NCBI RefSeq assembly: GCF_009914755.1
Contig: NC_060935.1
Reading direction: 5' to 3' (one strand)
DNA from: the human T2T-CHM13v2.0 reference genome, Homo sapiens
Length of the DNA stretch: 64,000 nt
Shown here: positions 38,001-51,536 of the stretch, one piece after another
Numbering within the stretch: the stretch's first letter is position 1
Layout of the letters: the number at the start of each line of letters is the position of its first letter
Program-made: the position numbers and the translations under genes
The notes under the pieces: generated by a model
Told to the model about the DNA's origin: nothing
Database searches by the model: none
The model's input: the letters and a program-made list of their open reading frames with translations, nothing else

Positions 38001-41000
38001 TCACACTTTCCCCAGAACTCCTAAAATCCCTTACCCTGCTCTCACTTTTTTCTTCTTTTGATTATATTTATTATCTTCTAACATGGTATTTGAGTTTATT
38101 TCTTATGTCTAGGTTTAATGTCTGTCTCTCCTCACTAAAATGTAAACTCCATAAAGACAAGGATTTCTGTCTATTCCCCAAATGCCTTGGAAGTGGCTGG
38201 CACATAACTGTGCTCAATAAATTCAATGAACTATCTCCATTTTATAGATGAGAAAACTGAGGCTGAGAGGAGGAATGCAACTTTCCCTAAATAACACAGT
38301 TGTCAATCAGTGATAGTAATCTGAATTCAAACACATCTGTCCAACTTCAACTCTCACTCTAGCAGGCAAAGTCTCCCTTTAGACAGACCAAGTTTAAGGC
38401 TACAGTGGCCTATATGGGAGGCCAGTGATGTGAGATTAGAGCAACCATTCCCACAAGACAGTAGACTTGGCCTGGAAGGGAGCAGGTCTACGTATGCATA
38501 GAGATCCTGAACTGCCTGCAGACTGAGAAACAAGCAATCTGACCAGAGAATCACCAAGAGAACGAATGGTTTCATTTTCCAAGTGCAAGTTTGAAGAATC
38601 AGGCCAGCTTCTCCAGTGAAGCAGTTTCTAATTTTTCCAGCTGCCTAGATTGTCAAATTACAAACTTATCTTCAGGGGAATGTATTTAACAAAGGGACAT
38701 GTTCTATTTCCCTTTTTACCACCCATCCAGTGGATCTGCACTTGGTTTAATTGCCATTCTGATCCCCCCACATAATCCATACATCACAAGACTCACATTT
38801 ACAGTTCAGTACATTATCACACTGGAGCTGCTCAAAATAAACGGGTTTGGCAAAGTGTAATTATTTCCAGCAAAAGAGTTGGTTCTGCATTTTGACAGTC
38901 ATCTGATACATTATTGTACTCAATGCTAAACTGTGAAACTGCAAAATTAAAAGAAAGTAATTTTTTTAAGTTTTAAAAGTACTCATTATTAAATTATAAA
39001 GCAGGTCAGTTATGATGAGTCAGTCCAAAAACAGAAGGATGATAATGAAAGACTGAAGGAAGATTGGCTTCTTTGTATAACCTCTAATATTCACAATCCA
39101 AGGCCATTGTGAAAATTAAATGAGACTGCCCATGTAAAATATCTAGTCCAGTGCCTAAGACATAATAGGTCCTCAGTAAATGCTGATTTTCTTCCTTAAA
39201 AATTCCTCAGCAGCAGAATTTACAAACCACCTCAATTTGTTCATTTGTTCATACATTCCATGATTCCCTCATTCCCAAAGAGCTCTCAGTCTGCTGGGGA
39301 AAGGCAAGTAAGCATGTAACTCCCACAAAAGGGAATGAGTGCTAAGAGAAACATAGACAAAAAGGGCTATGAGGGTGCAGACAAAGAGTCCTCACCCCAG
39401 GGGAGAGCAAGACCTGAAATGAACTAGACAGGGAAAGATGAGTTCAGTAAAGCATGGGGGAAGGTGAAAAAGAGACAGAGACCAAGAGACAGAGAGAACA
39501 ACACATGCAAAGGCCTGGAAGCAAGGAAGAACACATGATTTAGGGATACTGTAATTAGAACCAGCCTAGAATGACCGACACAGGGGGAACAGATGGTCAT
39601 GAGACCTGCAATGGCCCCTCTTTTTTTGTTAAAGTGACTAAATGCACTGACTCCTCAGCACAATGGGAAGTGGCTGAGCTTGCCTTGTAGCCCACTTTCC
39701 CTAGTGCAAACTCCCAGTAAGGTGATCTCAAGCCCCAGCCACCACCAAGCCTCATGGACTTGTCTCAAAGATGAGATGGGAGAGATTTCTCTTTAAAAGA
39801 GAACTTGATGAAATCTAAGTTACCCAATGGCAACGTCTGAAGATGCTGAGTCAGCTGCACTTCAGGAAACAGAGTGTCCTTGGAGAATAGAGCATATCAC
39901 TTTACACACAGAAAACCACTCCTGTCTACGAAGGACAAACTGCAAAATGCTTAACACTGGCCTTCAATTATTAAACGAGCCCCAATGAGCTCTGGCAGTG
40001 AGACAGATCACACACACTCACAGAGAGGGCTCTAGCAGGCCAGCCTATATTGTCTTAGGATTATTCATCAAGGTACCAACAGACAAGGGTCTTTCAGAGA
40101 TCTTAGGGTCATGAGGTTACCCATAGCTCTTGGAAAAGATGATCATGCTCAGAACAAGGAAGAGAAAGTAAAAAGAACCTGACCCTTTGCAGAAAACATT
40201 GGGGTTTTTTTCTAAGTATTATAACACAGCCTATGCTGGCAAATATTTCATTAACAACTTTTTGCTCCTTGGGTGGCAGTTTCATACTGGTCAGTTTTTG
40301 GCGTACTATGTGGTACTCAGGAGTTTACTCAATTGTCTCCACTGGGGGTATTTTTTAGTCCCCTGAGAACAAGCAGAACACTGAGGAGAAGCTCTGGAAT
40401 CATACCTGGCTTCAAATACTGCTCGTTCTTTTGTGTCCTCACTGTATGACTTGCAGTCTCAGTTTCCCCATTCATAAATGTAGATTCATGGGGTTTCTGT
40501 GGAAACTAAATAACATACCATGCACCTGGCACAATGCACATAAGGGAGCTATTTACATTTTGTTCTCTATTCCCTTTACTCCTTTTGTGTCCTGGAAAAA
40601 TTAGAATGGTTTCCTATCTGGATACTGGGTTCACCTCTTTTGATTTCAGATTAAAACTGCCATCCTAGTCTCTGCTGGTTTGAAACTAACTTCCACCTGG
40701 AGGTTACCCTAACAGAAAGAAATCTGGGTAATGACCACGGGGCCAGCCCTTTCACTTCTCTCCTTCCTCTGACCTCTGACAGTCCCATCCCACCTAGATA
40801 TACATCAGTTTGCATTCCTCTCTAGCTGACCCATCTATGAGGTCTGCCTGTTTCCCTGTCCCTGCAACCTTCTTCTCCTGCCATCAGCTGATTCCCGTCT
40901 ATTGGTCCAGCCCTGCCATAGGCCCAGGTCTAGCCAGGCTTCTGCCCTCATCCAGTTTAGCCTACTGGATCCTTAGTCCCTGGAGAGCAGGGGCCATACC

Positions 41001-44000
41001 TCAGTGCGCTCAGCTCTGTAAGCAGCTCAGGATCCAGTACACAGCAGAGGCTGGCCAGAAGTGGTGGGGTGAGAGGGACTCGGTGCCAGAGGGCCCAATC
41101 CTGGGACATGTTCTTAGAAGTTCTGTCCTGAGGCCAAGAAAAAATTTCCTAGGATGGAAATGCTCCAGGAAACCTAGGCAATGACAAATGAGCTGAGCAC
41201 AGGCAATCTCCAGAGACTCCTGGTACTCCAGAAACCTTCACACTCTCATGCACATTCCTCACACGCTTGCTGCAGATTATGTGAATGGGGCCTGGACCAG
41301 GGTGGAGGCAGTACAGATTCCAGACTCACTGGGAAGGGAGGTGTTGCAGATGGACTAATGAGAATACAGAGAGTGAAGCAAAAGGTGACTGAGATTTTGA
41401 GTCCTGGTCACAGGGGAAAACAACTTAACACAGTGCTAAGTGCTAGGGATGCAGAGGTGGGTGTACACACAGCTCCAGCCCTCCCCCAGGATAAGTTAGT
41501 TCCCAGCACTCTGCTGCCATAGCACCCTGGACACCCTCATCATTGCACTCAGCATCCTGGACTGACACTATGACTTATCTGTCTCACCTGCTACATCACA
41601 AGCTCCTTGATGGAAGAGACTGTGTCATACTGAACTTTATATCTACAGCCATCTAGCATAGTGCGTGGTACAATTCCCAGGCCTACCAATTACTAGCTTT
41701 GCCAAGTCATTTAAACTCTCTAAGCCTCAATTTCCTAGTCTGTAGAGTGAAGATGATAATAATCTCTACACCCAAGGAGGAAGAAATGAGTGAACTTCTC
41801 TAAAGCCCTTACTTATCCCAATCCCTGACTGAGAGTCAATACTCAAAAAGGGTTAGCTAGTGAATGAATTTGGGGCAATGAATTTGAGGTAAGAGGGAGA
41901 GAAAAACATTCAAACAAATGGTTCTGGAATTATGTAATAAATAATATAGTAGGAATACATTTGAATTACTCTGAGAGCAGAAAGGAAAGCACCAAATTTT
42001 GCCTTGGCATATATAGAAAACTTCACAGAGGAGGTAACACTTGAACTAAAATCTAAAGATCTAAAATCAGGCCAAAGGAAGGCCATGTGTGAAGTCAGAG
42101 AGGCAGGAAAGAGAACCTGGTATGTTCAGGAACTGCAAGTCTGGCTATAAGAAGGGTCTGTGCAAAGGAATGGTGGTGACACACAGGGTGAAGAGATGAC
42201 TTAGAGCCAAAAATTCCCTGCAAGCTCTGCCACAGAGAATGGATTTCTCCTGGAAGATACTGAAAAGCCACTGCAGGGTTTTGAGTAAGAGAGTGAAACA
42301 TAGAAGCACTGTGGTGGCAGTGTGGAGGGTAGAAAAAAGGGGTAAGACTGGAGACAAACATAGAACAGTGGGGGTGCGGGGGGTGATTTGGGTTGAGAAG
42401 AAAAGAATGGAGATGGGGTGGAGAGAGGGGGAAAGTGAAGCTGGCCAGCTCAAGAAGTTAGGTAGAAACTGAGTCTCAGAAAAATTGCAACTGGCCCTTG
42501 GCATTCCCCAAGACTTCTTCATATAAAGTGTAGGTCTATGAGTTGTAATAAATCACCTTCCTTCCATGTTTGCTGTCTTACAATTTGTGCAATAGAGGAG
42601 CATGAATATGGAAAATTCCAGCTGAAAACTTTGACCGCATGAACAGGCCCAGAGGTCACAGTCACCACTGATGGTTAGATGAAACCATCTACAAACAGGC
42701 CTGGGATCCCGGCCAGCAATTTTTTATTCACATGCAAACTTGGGGATGGAGTTCCACCGACAAAATCTTTCAGGTGTACTCTTCTTTTTCTTTTGTTTTT
42801 TAAGCCATTTACAGGAACCCAAGGTCCTCCTTGTACTTCAGAGAAATGCTTTGTATTTAATTTGTTCTTAAAGAAAAAACAATAGCCTCTTTGCTCTACA
42901 TGACTAGGCCACTGGGCACCACGAAAGAGATACAGTAACCCACCAAGTCTCTAAGGTCCCAGAAGTCCATCTGTCTGTCACACACATCACAAACACACCA
43001 CTCATGGCAGAAGAAATACGCTACTGCAGGGTGAAAGAGACTGCATTCTAGAAGCCTTCTGGAGGGCAAAGGAGGGAAGAGAAGAAGAAAAGAAGGGTGA
43101 AAAAGGGGGAGGGAGTGTTCAAGACCATACATGACCACTTCTGCTAAACACAAAATAGTTGCCTTTTCTGCTTCTTTCCTTGCTTTCAATCTAATTAGAC
43201 AGAAAGAGCTAATGAGTAGGCAGCAATGGTGCTTGGTTCAGCTGTTCCAGACCCTAGTGTTTCCTCCTTATTAAAAATAAAGAGACCCAAGGGCTCAATT
43301 TGGTAAAAATGCACACAGGGAGGCACATTTCCATCTTACAAAAATGTTTTGCATTAAAAAAACCATATCTGTTTAATAGATACCAAAAATTAAATGTACA
43401 ATAGCAAGATCCCTGGCAGTATCTGTCTGCATTTTTGGAAGTGTCTTCAAAGACAGGACATTAGAATAAGACTCAAAAGACCTGAATTCCAGTGTCAGCT
43501 GTACCATTTACCAGCTGTGTGATCTTGGGCAAAATATGTAACATCTTGAGCCTCAGCTGCCTTACTATCAAATGAGTATAATGCTCTGCCTGTCTCACAG
43601 AGTCTGGGGGAAACAATATATTTTGAAAACTATAAAGCACTTTGCTAATACCTACTCAGTCAATAAATATTCACTGAGAGCCTACTAGGTATTAGGCATT
43701 GTTTCCCTTCAACTGTTAATGTTATTACCAATATTCCACCCCTTCCAGCTCAGTCATTAGATGTCAGTTTCAAATGCAGACAGGTCTATGGTCTCAAGCC
43801 AACCTCTCATTCACCCAGTTTTTTTTTCCCAATTGGGGCATTAGTCACTTGCCTCCATCAGGAGATATCTAACGACATCTCAGCCCTAAGAGGCCCTGAG
43901 ACATGTTAGTACAAATGATGATGGGGAGAGGAGCCTCTGCCACCTCTGCTACCCTAGAGGGCCTGATCCTAAGAAGCTTCCAGAATCTTACCCTCCACAA

Positions 44001-47000
44001 CCACAGAACAAGACAGTTCTCACAAGCAGGGCCAGAGGCAGGGAGAGACAGGTAAACAGATGGAAAACCTGCATGGCTAAGTCTTTCCAGTATCAGAGTG
44101 CCTGGCTCCACGTCCACACCAGGTGACCTTTACTCCAGCGTACCCCTGTCTTCTATCAGGAAAGATTTCAAGTTTCAGAGGTTAGCAGCTCAGAAGCAGC
44201 CTCAGTGTGCTGCCCATTCCTGCCCTGATCTTGTTCCTTGGTTTCCATCACTGGGTATCTGCCTTATTCTAGAAACCATGCCCTCCTTTATGCCAGAGGT
44301 TCAGCAAGTGTGACCCTGAATTGATTGTTTCCTCTATCTGAATCCCCACCTAATAAACCGTTTCACCAAGACCAGAGTCCTACCTTGCTATTACTCCAAA
44401 AGACTATCTCGATGCAGAATCCACCTGGAGGGCCTCCTGAGACCAGAGCTCTAGGAATTCATCTCCACATCTCCCACTGTGCAGTTCAGTATCTGGCATG
44501 TAATGGGCACACAACAAATATTTATAGAATGAAAAGGTTACCCACTGGTCTAGATCACTGCAGACTGTCTGCTCCTATGCCCCTCCCCAACTCACAGGAC
44601 CTCTTTGACGGATAAACCAACCATCGCCTGTCACCGTGTTCTTTGGCTGCTTTGTTGTTCCAACTCCAGGCCCCTGACAGGGTCTCTGGGTCAAACATAC
44701 CTACTCTATTCCCGGTATGCCCTCTTTGCCACTTAGCACATCCTAAAAGAAAGAGTGCTAAGCAAATTCTGAAGTCTGAAGGCTGCTTCAGTGTCCCAGA
44801 CACACCTTTTGCTCCTGGATTATGAGGGTTAACCCACACTAGAGACTCATTTGGGGCCATCTGGCAATTTTTGGCACCACCCACTTCCCCTTGTCCAGTG
44901 TGGAAGGGACTCAAGTCCTGTTCAACAAGCACTACTGAACACAAAGCCTGGTGTCATAGAGAGGCTCTGCTTAAGATCCCGTGGTAAATGCCTCACTAAA
45001 ACCTAAGAAAGAAGGGCTTCAGGCAAGTCTAGACTACCAACATACCCGATTTTGGTTCTGTGAGGCTGCTGTAAACATGAAAATGCAAGTAGGAAACCTT
45101 ATTTCTGCTTCTTTACATTGCTAGATCAGCAGAGGAAAAGCACACATACAACACAGAAGGAAAATGATGACCTGAGTGTTGGTCCTGGTCTCTTCCACTA
45201 ATTTGCTGTGTGACCTCAGGCAAGTCACTCTCCTTCTTTGGATTTCTGTGTCTTCCTTTGTAAAGTCACAGTCTCAGATGTGATGATCCATTTATAAAGC
45301 CCCGTCTATGCCTGACATTTAGCAATTTCCTTGCTACTCAGAACACAGAATTGAAATCATCTGGGAACCTGTTAGAAGTGGAAAGTAGCCCTACTGACTC
45401 AGACCTACAGAGCTAGAATCTTCTACATTTTAACAAGATCCCCAAGTGATTGCACACACATTGAAATTTGAGAAACACTGTTGTGCAGCTTCTCAGGAAG
45501 ATCCAGGCCGACCTGGGGCATGACATCTTCTGCAAGAAGCTGGAAGAAGAAAGAGTCTGTCACAGGACTTTACTGAATGTGATTAGAAGCAGCTGGCTAG
45601 TAGTAAGGGCTGAGGAGAAAATGCTGCAAGATCCTTTTAAACTCAGCTGCAATCCATAAAATGTCTCTCAAGTACTTAGAGTCTCTAAATTTGAAGTCTT
45701 TAGATAAAATGACTTTAAAAATACTAATTATGCACGGAAGTCTAACCATGAACCAAGCATTAGTGAATCCAAAGCTCCTTCTGTACTGGCATGCTGCCAG
45801 CAGGCATGAACAGAAGCTCTAAAATCAGCAAGGAGGTCACCTCTGTAACCACAGCATTTCTCCCGGCCTCACCTGTCTCCTGACTGGTCCTCACCTACAG
45901 AACTTCAGTCTCAGTTGGAATCTCACAGACAAGACCCCATTGAAAGGAACACTGTCTGAGCCTAGACAGTATGGCAAAGGTGAGAGAGGGCTACAAACTC
46001 TGGGGTCACAGACCCACAGAGTCAGTCCATGGAGGAGAAAGGGAAAAAAGGGAGAAGCAGAGTGGAACCAGCACAGACTGAATATTTAGTGGTGAAGACT
46101 CCCGCTTCCAAATCCAGGGAGAAGCCAGTTTCTGACTTCTTATCTGTCTCTCCCACAGACTGCAAGCTTTGTGAGGACAGGACTGTAAAACTTGTCTCTA
46201 GCTATAGTGGCCTGCACATAGAAGTCATTCAACAAATGTTTTATGAGTGAATGAATGAACGAACCAACCAATGAAAAAAAAACAATAAAGAAACAAGGAC
46301 CAAAGATCATTCGCTTGGTTTCATCAGTGTCAGTCGAGACTACCCTTCAAACTCGTGAACTAAGCTTACTCCTCAGTCCAAAAGCCAGAACAGAAGACCC
46401 CAAGGGGTCTAGGAGATTTAAACCTGAAAAAAAAAGGGACTCAAACTAGCTTGGCATTTTTTTCTGGACCAAGGTATGCTAACAAACAGGCTATTCTAAC
46501 CTTTTCCAGGTTTTGTAATGTTTTATGCTACTCTTACCAGAATTTCCAGGCAAGAAATTCTTTTCTAGAAACTAGATGCTATTTATATTTTAGTTATTAA
46601 ATGCAATGTGAAAGTACCTAACACATAATCATCATCTACATTAACATTTGCTGAAACTCAATCTATAGAATTCTATTTCTCTATGTCATAAACTAGGAAT
46701 TTTGCAAATAGCAGAATTACAGAACACTTTGGACCACCCACTTTTGTGAATATAAAATCACTTAAGTAAGGCAAGCTGACTTTGGTGGAATAGCCTTTAT
46801 TTTTCATCCACTTACATAACTCGGCATTGTCAAAGTGCACCAATAACTGGTGCTGTCATCTCTCATGCCCCCAAGAAAAAACTCCTTTGGGGCTCTTTCT
46901 ACATTTATTTTCAATTGCCAGATCCCCAGAGGAAAAAATCAAATCACTGACGCTATTTCAAACTTCATGCTCAAGGCAGCCACTAAGAGGATAATAGGGC

Positions 47001-47684
47001 AGCTCAGTTTTTGCTCTCTTTGAGACAGGAAGACACCCCATGGCTGTGAAGGAAAGGCAGGACACGTGTGTGGACATTCAAAATATAGCAAGGAAACCCA
47101 AAACAACAGAAAGACAAGAGGAGCTGGAGGAAAAAGCTGTTTGGAACTATGAATCATCCCAAGGTAACTTATTATGTTTTTATATAACAAGCAAAATGAG
47201 CTTTCAGCATTGCCATTCATTCATTGTTTTAGCCATTCATGCATTTGTTCAGCAAACATTTGTGGGTTCCCATTATATGCCAGGCGCTGTGCTAGGCAGG
47301 CAGGCAGCAGAACATCAGCCTACTACTGCTTACTATGTTCCTGCCACTCTAGCCTTCCTTCAGGTCTTTTGCAAGGTTGTTTCATGCTTCAACACAGTTC
47401 TCTGTGTAAATGTTTCCTCTTCCAAGAGGTCTTGCCTGATTTATTCCCCCATCCCACCCTGGACTAGATTAGGCTTGTCTGCTCTATATTCCTACAGCAT
47501 TTCCTTTTTAACATTCTACACATCCATCATTACTTTATAGTCTCAGATAGATGGTAAGCTCCATGTGAGCAGGGACTGCCTCTCCAGTTACGAGCACAGA
47601 GGCTAGAATATAGTAGGATTCGATACATATTCACTGAACAAATGAACAAACTGGGATTTATAGCCAAGCTACAGGCTCTGAGAG

Positions 47685-47905
47685 ATATAGCGGAATAAGT
47701 GCAGGATTTGGAGCTCAACAGACCCAAATCTGAACCCCAGCTGTACCACTCATTAGCTAGGTCACCTTAAGCAAGTCCCATAATCTCTCTGAGCCTTAGT
47801 TCCTCATGTGTGAAACACAGACAAAACTTCATAGAGATGTAGTGAAGATTAAATAACATGATGTGGGTAAAGTAACTGGCACAAAATAGATGCTCAACAA
47901 ATGTT
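47685..47905 (+). mobile_element. MIR SINE
   Basis: CACTCATTAGCTAGGTCACCTTAAGCAAGTC...CTCTCTGAGCCTTAGTTCCTCATGTG...GATTAAAT. Confidence 0.85.
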
Positions 47906-49381
47906 ATCCTCCTACCCACTTCCCAACTTGCCTATAGTTACGAAAGAGTTGACAACACCAAGGCAGGGCCCCAATTCTATCAGAACTTATCAAAACAGGA
48001 TTCAGGCACAGGAATAAGGGAAGGTCAAAGATAGCATCCCAGATGACATCTTACTGACTCCCAAGCTTTGAACTTGAGCTCCTTCAGTGTGTCTGACCAA
48101 GGTACAATACTAGGCCCACGACTAAGCCTACAGATGGAGGATCCAATGGCTGCAGCCATGGGGAGAAGATGGCAGAGACTGAGCCCATTCCTTTTGGCTT
48201 TTGAAGCATTTAGACAAAAGCATACAAAACTCCCTTCCCCATCTATGCTGTCCATAGGTAACTTAATGGAATCCAAAGGTCTACAAGTAAGCTTAGTTAG
48301 ACCAGTGAGGTTAAAGGCAACACAGCACAACAGGAGGACTACACCTAGAATCAGATGACAGGGTTCAAGTCCAAACTCTGCCACCTACTGGATGTGTGAT
48401 TTGGGACAAGAGTTTCCCTTATTCAGGTCTCATTTCACCATCTGTAAATCGAAGGGATTAGACTAGGATAGTGTCTAAGGGCCCTTACAGTGAGAAAGAT
48501 CTGAGATGCTAGCTGCATGTCAGTCAGCTGTAATCAGCAGGCAAAAGGAGAACTCTTCAATCACGCACACCACTGAGCTGACGTCTGCTACACTGCTCTC
48601 AATTACACTGCAGAAAAAATGGTCATAAGGAAGAGCTAATATGGTATTTCCTGAGCCTATTTAGTCTCCCAATTCAGCACTGCACCTGTTCCTTCTGCAT
48701 TTGCAATTTACTAGATAATATCATCACAGGCACTCCCTGAAACAGCTATCATTTATTTGTCACTTGCTTCTGTATTTCAGGTATTCTTTCTTATTTTAAA
48801 TAAGATTAGGTAGAGTATTAGAAAGACTAATCAATATAACTGCCAAATGAAATTTACCCAGAAAACAATTTTCTCCTTTGTTTCCATTGTAATAACAGCA
48901 ATATCTATAATGAATTGCTGACCTGCAATAAAAATCATACTACTATCAGAAAGAACATGGGGGCAAAAATATAATGCCTACTTCACAAACATGTAATGCC
49001 ACACACAGTAAGGTAGCCCATTCATAACCCAGAACCTTTTTCTTACAGAAACACTGCAAATAATACTCACATGTCCTGGGCCTGCTGCCTTGCAATACTA
49101 ACCACCTCCATCCAAACACATACCCAACATTCACTAAATGCCATTTAATATGTCCTACCCATTCTTCTTAGGGCTGGAGAACCACAGTAATAAGACACAA
49201 TTACTGTCCTTAGACAAAGTCTCAGCCTAAAGGTCAAGTGGTCCCAGCTGTGAAAGAAAAAGTGGCAAACTAGAACCCAGTCCATATGCCACAAGGTGAC
49301 TTCTGTGAGCACTTAGGCCAAAGAATGGACTGCAAAACATCACCCAATATCTGCATTATAAAAGACCACTTAATACTGGGG

Positions 49382-49569
49382 CTGTGGTTCTCAAAGCATA
49401 GTCCCAGACCTTAAGTATCAACACCACCTGGGAACTTGTTAGAAACCAAATTCTCAGGCTCCTTCCCAGACCTACTGAATCAGAAACTCTGGGAGTGACG
49501 CCCAGCAATCTGTGTTTTAACAAGTCCTCCAAGTGATTCTGATGCATGCTGAGGTTTGAGAGTCACTGC
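49382..49569. mobile_element. MER5A, full length
   Basis: GTGGTTCTCAAAG...CACCTGGGAACTTGTTAGAAA...CCCAGACCTACTGAATCAGAAACTCTGGG...GTTTGAGAGTCACTG. Confidence 0.92.
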
Positions 49570-49751
49570 CCTAAAGCATCCAAACTGCTGCATGTTTGCA
49601 GTAAAAACAGTAGAAAACTAAGCTTTCAATTAAACCTAAGAGAAAAGCAATAAAACTGGGTAAGAACAGGTTTTTCAATGTATCTTAAATATTGGTGTTT
49701 TGGAAAAAAAACAGCTTTGTCAGAGAAGGAAGAGAAAGAAATGCTGTGCTA

Positions 49752-49826
49752 CATGTATACATATGTAACAAACCTGCACGTTGTGCACATGTGCCCTAAA
49801 ACTTAAGTATAATAAAAAAGAAAGAA
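49752..49826 (+). mobile_element. Extremely 5'-truncated L1PA 3' end
   Basis: CATGTATACATATGTAACAAACCTGCACGTTGTGCACATGTGCCCTAAAACTTAAGTATAATAAA; 19-nt TSD with 1 mismatch. Confidence 0.93.
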
Positions 49827-51522
49827 AGAAAGAAATGCTCTGCTAATGCAACAGGGAATGTCTGCGCGTGTTCAAAAACCTCTGCGGCCTAAGGCCCTAG
49901 GCCTTTTCCTGTGTGGTGCTTCATTTCCAAATATAGGCCTTTTCTTCAACTGAGAGCCCATCACTTCAAAGGGTGTTCCCACACATTCGCTGGCAGATCT
50001 CTCAGACTCAGCAATCATAATTAAGGTCACTTTTTAAAAAAAATTCATAAATAAGAGGATGGCAAGTAAGAAGGAAAGGAGCAATAAATGTTCCTGGGGT
50101 CAATAATTTTAAAATGAAGGTAGAATTTTTGAAAGGATGGAAAAATAAATGTGTGCACATATGAGAAAGAGACTGCTTAGAGTTGAATTTGTTGAGCTCT
50201 GAATAAAAAAAGAAAGATGGGAGGATCAGCCCTAAGAGGAGAAAGGAGCCATAGAAGGAGAAAGGAGGTAATGAAGGAATATTGAAACATTTCTTAGCCT
50301 CTGCCACCAGGTGGTGAAATCAACCCAGCACAGCTTAGTTGCTGCCCAGAGCTACTGCTTGGATTTATCTTTTCTTGTTTGTCATTGCATTGGGGTGGGA
50401 ATAGAGATGCGGAACAAATGGAGAGGCAGAGCAACTTCAAGCTGGGTGGCTGGGAGCAGGGAGAGTATAATGAGAAATGGATTGTTTTTATGCATACTAA
50501 TTCAGTGGCCCTAATTAAAGAGCATCATTATATTTTAAAATGCATGGACAATCATGTAATAAAAAGTGCTCATGATGATAAAGGCTATACTGAATTATAC
50601 ATTAATGTTTAACTCCAACTAAGTTTTAAAATAATACATTTGATTTTAAAATATCTGTTTTCCTGGAATGAAACTCAATGTCAAGTTAGGTCTAATGTTA
50701 TCATCCAAATGCAATTTTCCTCCAGTATACCACAAAATGTTGAATACTGAGGAAGACAATAATAATGAAAAGTCAGCTGTACTATAACAGCAAATTTCCT
50801 GTAGAGATGATTTGAGGTTCTACAGGTCACTAAGGAAAAGATACACATGGTTAATCATAAATCCATCTAAAGATAGTTCATTTCTATCATCTTTCATTTT
50901 AAATGGAGGTTTATACAACTCTTGGCTTGGAGGGTTGTAAATTTAATAATGTTGTTCCAATTCACTACTAGTCCTCATTGATCTTATTTTAATCTGTATT
51001 GATTGATTAATGTCATCTTGTGACATCCAAATGGCAAACTGAGGAAGAAAAATGATATGCATTGAGTTGGACTTCTATTGGAAAGAGCACTAAACTGGGT
51101 ATCAAGAGACCTGGCTTCTAACATGCTCAGTCACTACTAGCTACTGTCCCTGGGAAAGTCACTCCATCTATCTGGGCTTCAGGTTCCTCATATATAAAAT
51201 TAAACAATAATATCTGCCATAATTCAACAAACTGTTGTGATAAGCAGATCAGAAAACAAAAAGTTGTTACTATGAGACAGTATCTATATTCCCTTAAGTT
51301 CAAAACAAATAAACCCTCTATTGAAGAACAAACTACTTGTAAAATACTTTTAAATTAGGCAAAAAAAAAAAAATGCTGTTTTAAGTATTACAAATATATA
51401 GATGGGCAAGTAGGAAAACTGGAAAATAGTTCTCAGTGTTGTTGAATCCCTAAATTTTGGATCATCAAAATAAGTGTCTTTGGAAAATTTGAGTTTGCAT
51501 ATTTCCACCAAATGTTGCTGCA

Positions 51523-51536
51523 GTTACCATAGCAAC
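51523..51536. promoter_or_regulatory. Perfect RFX X-box in unique sequence
   Basis: GTTACCATAGCAAC = GTNRCC-AT-RGYAAC. Confidence 0.6.

Noticed and set aside
49928-49938. CArG (SRF) box CCAAATATAGG
   Set aside because: Seven A/T bases between CC and GG rather than six; non-canonical.
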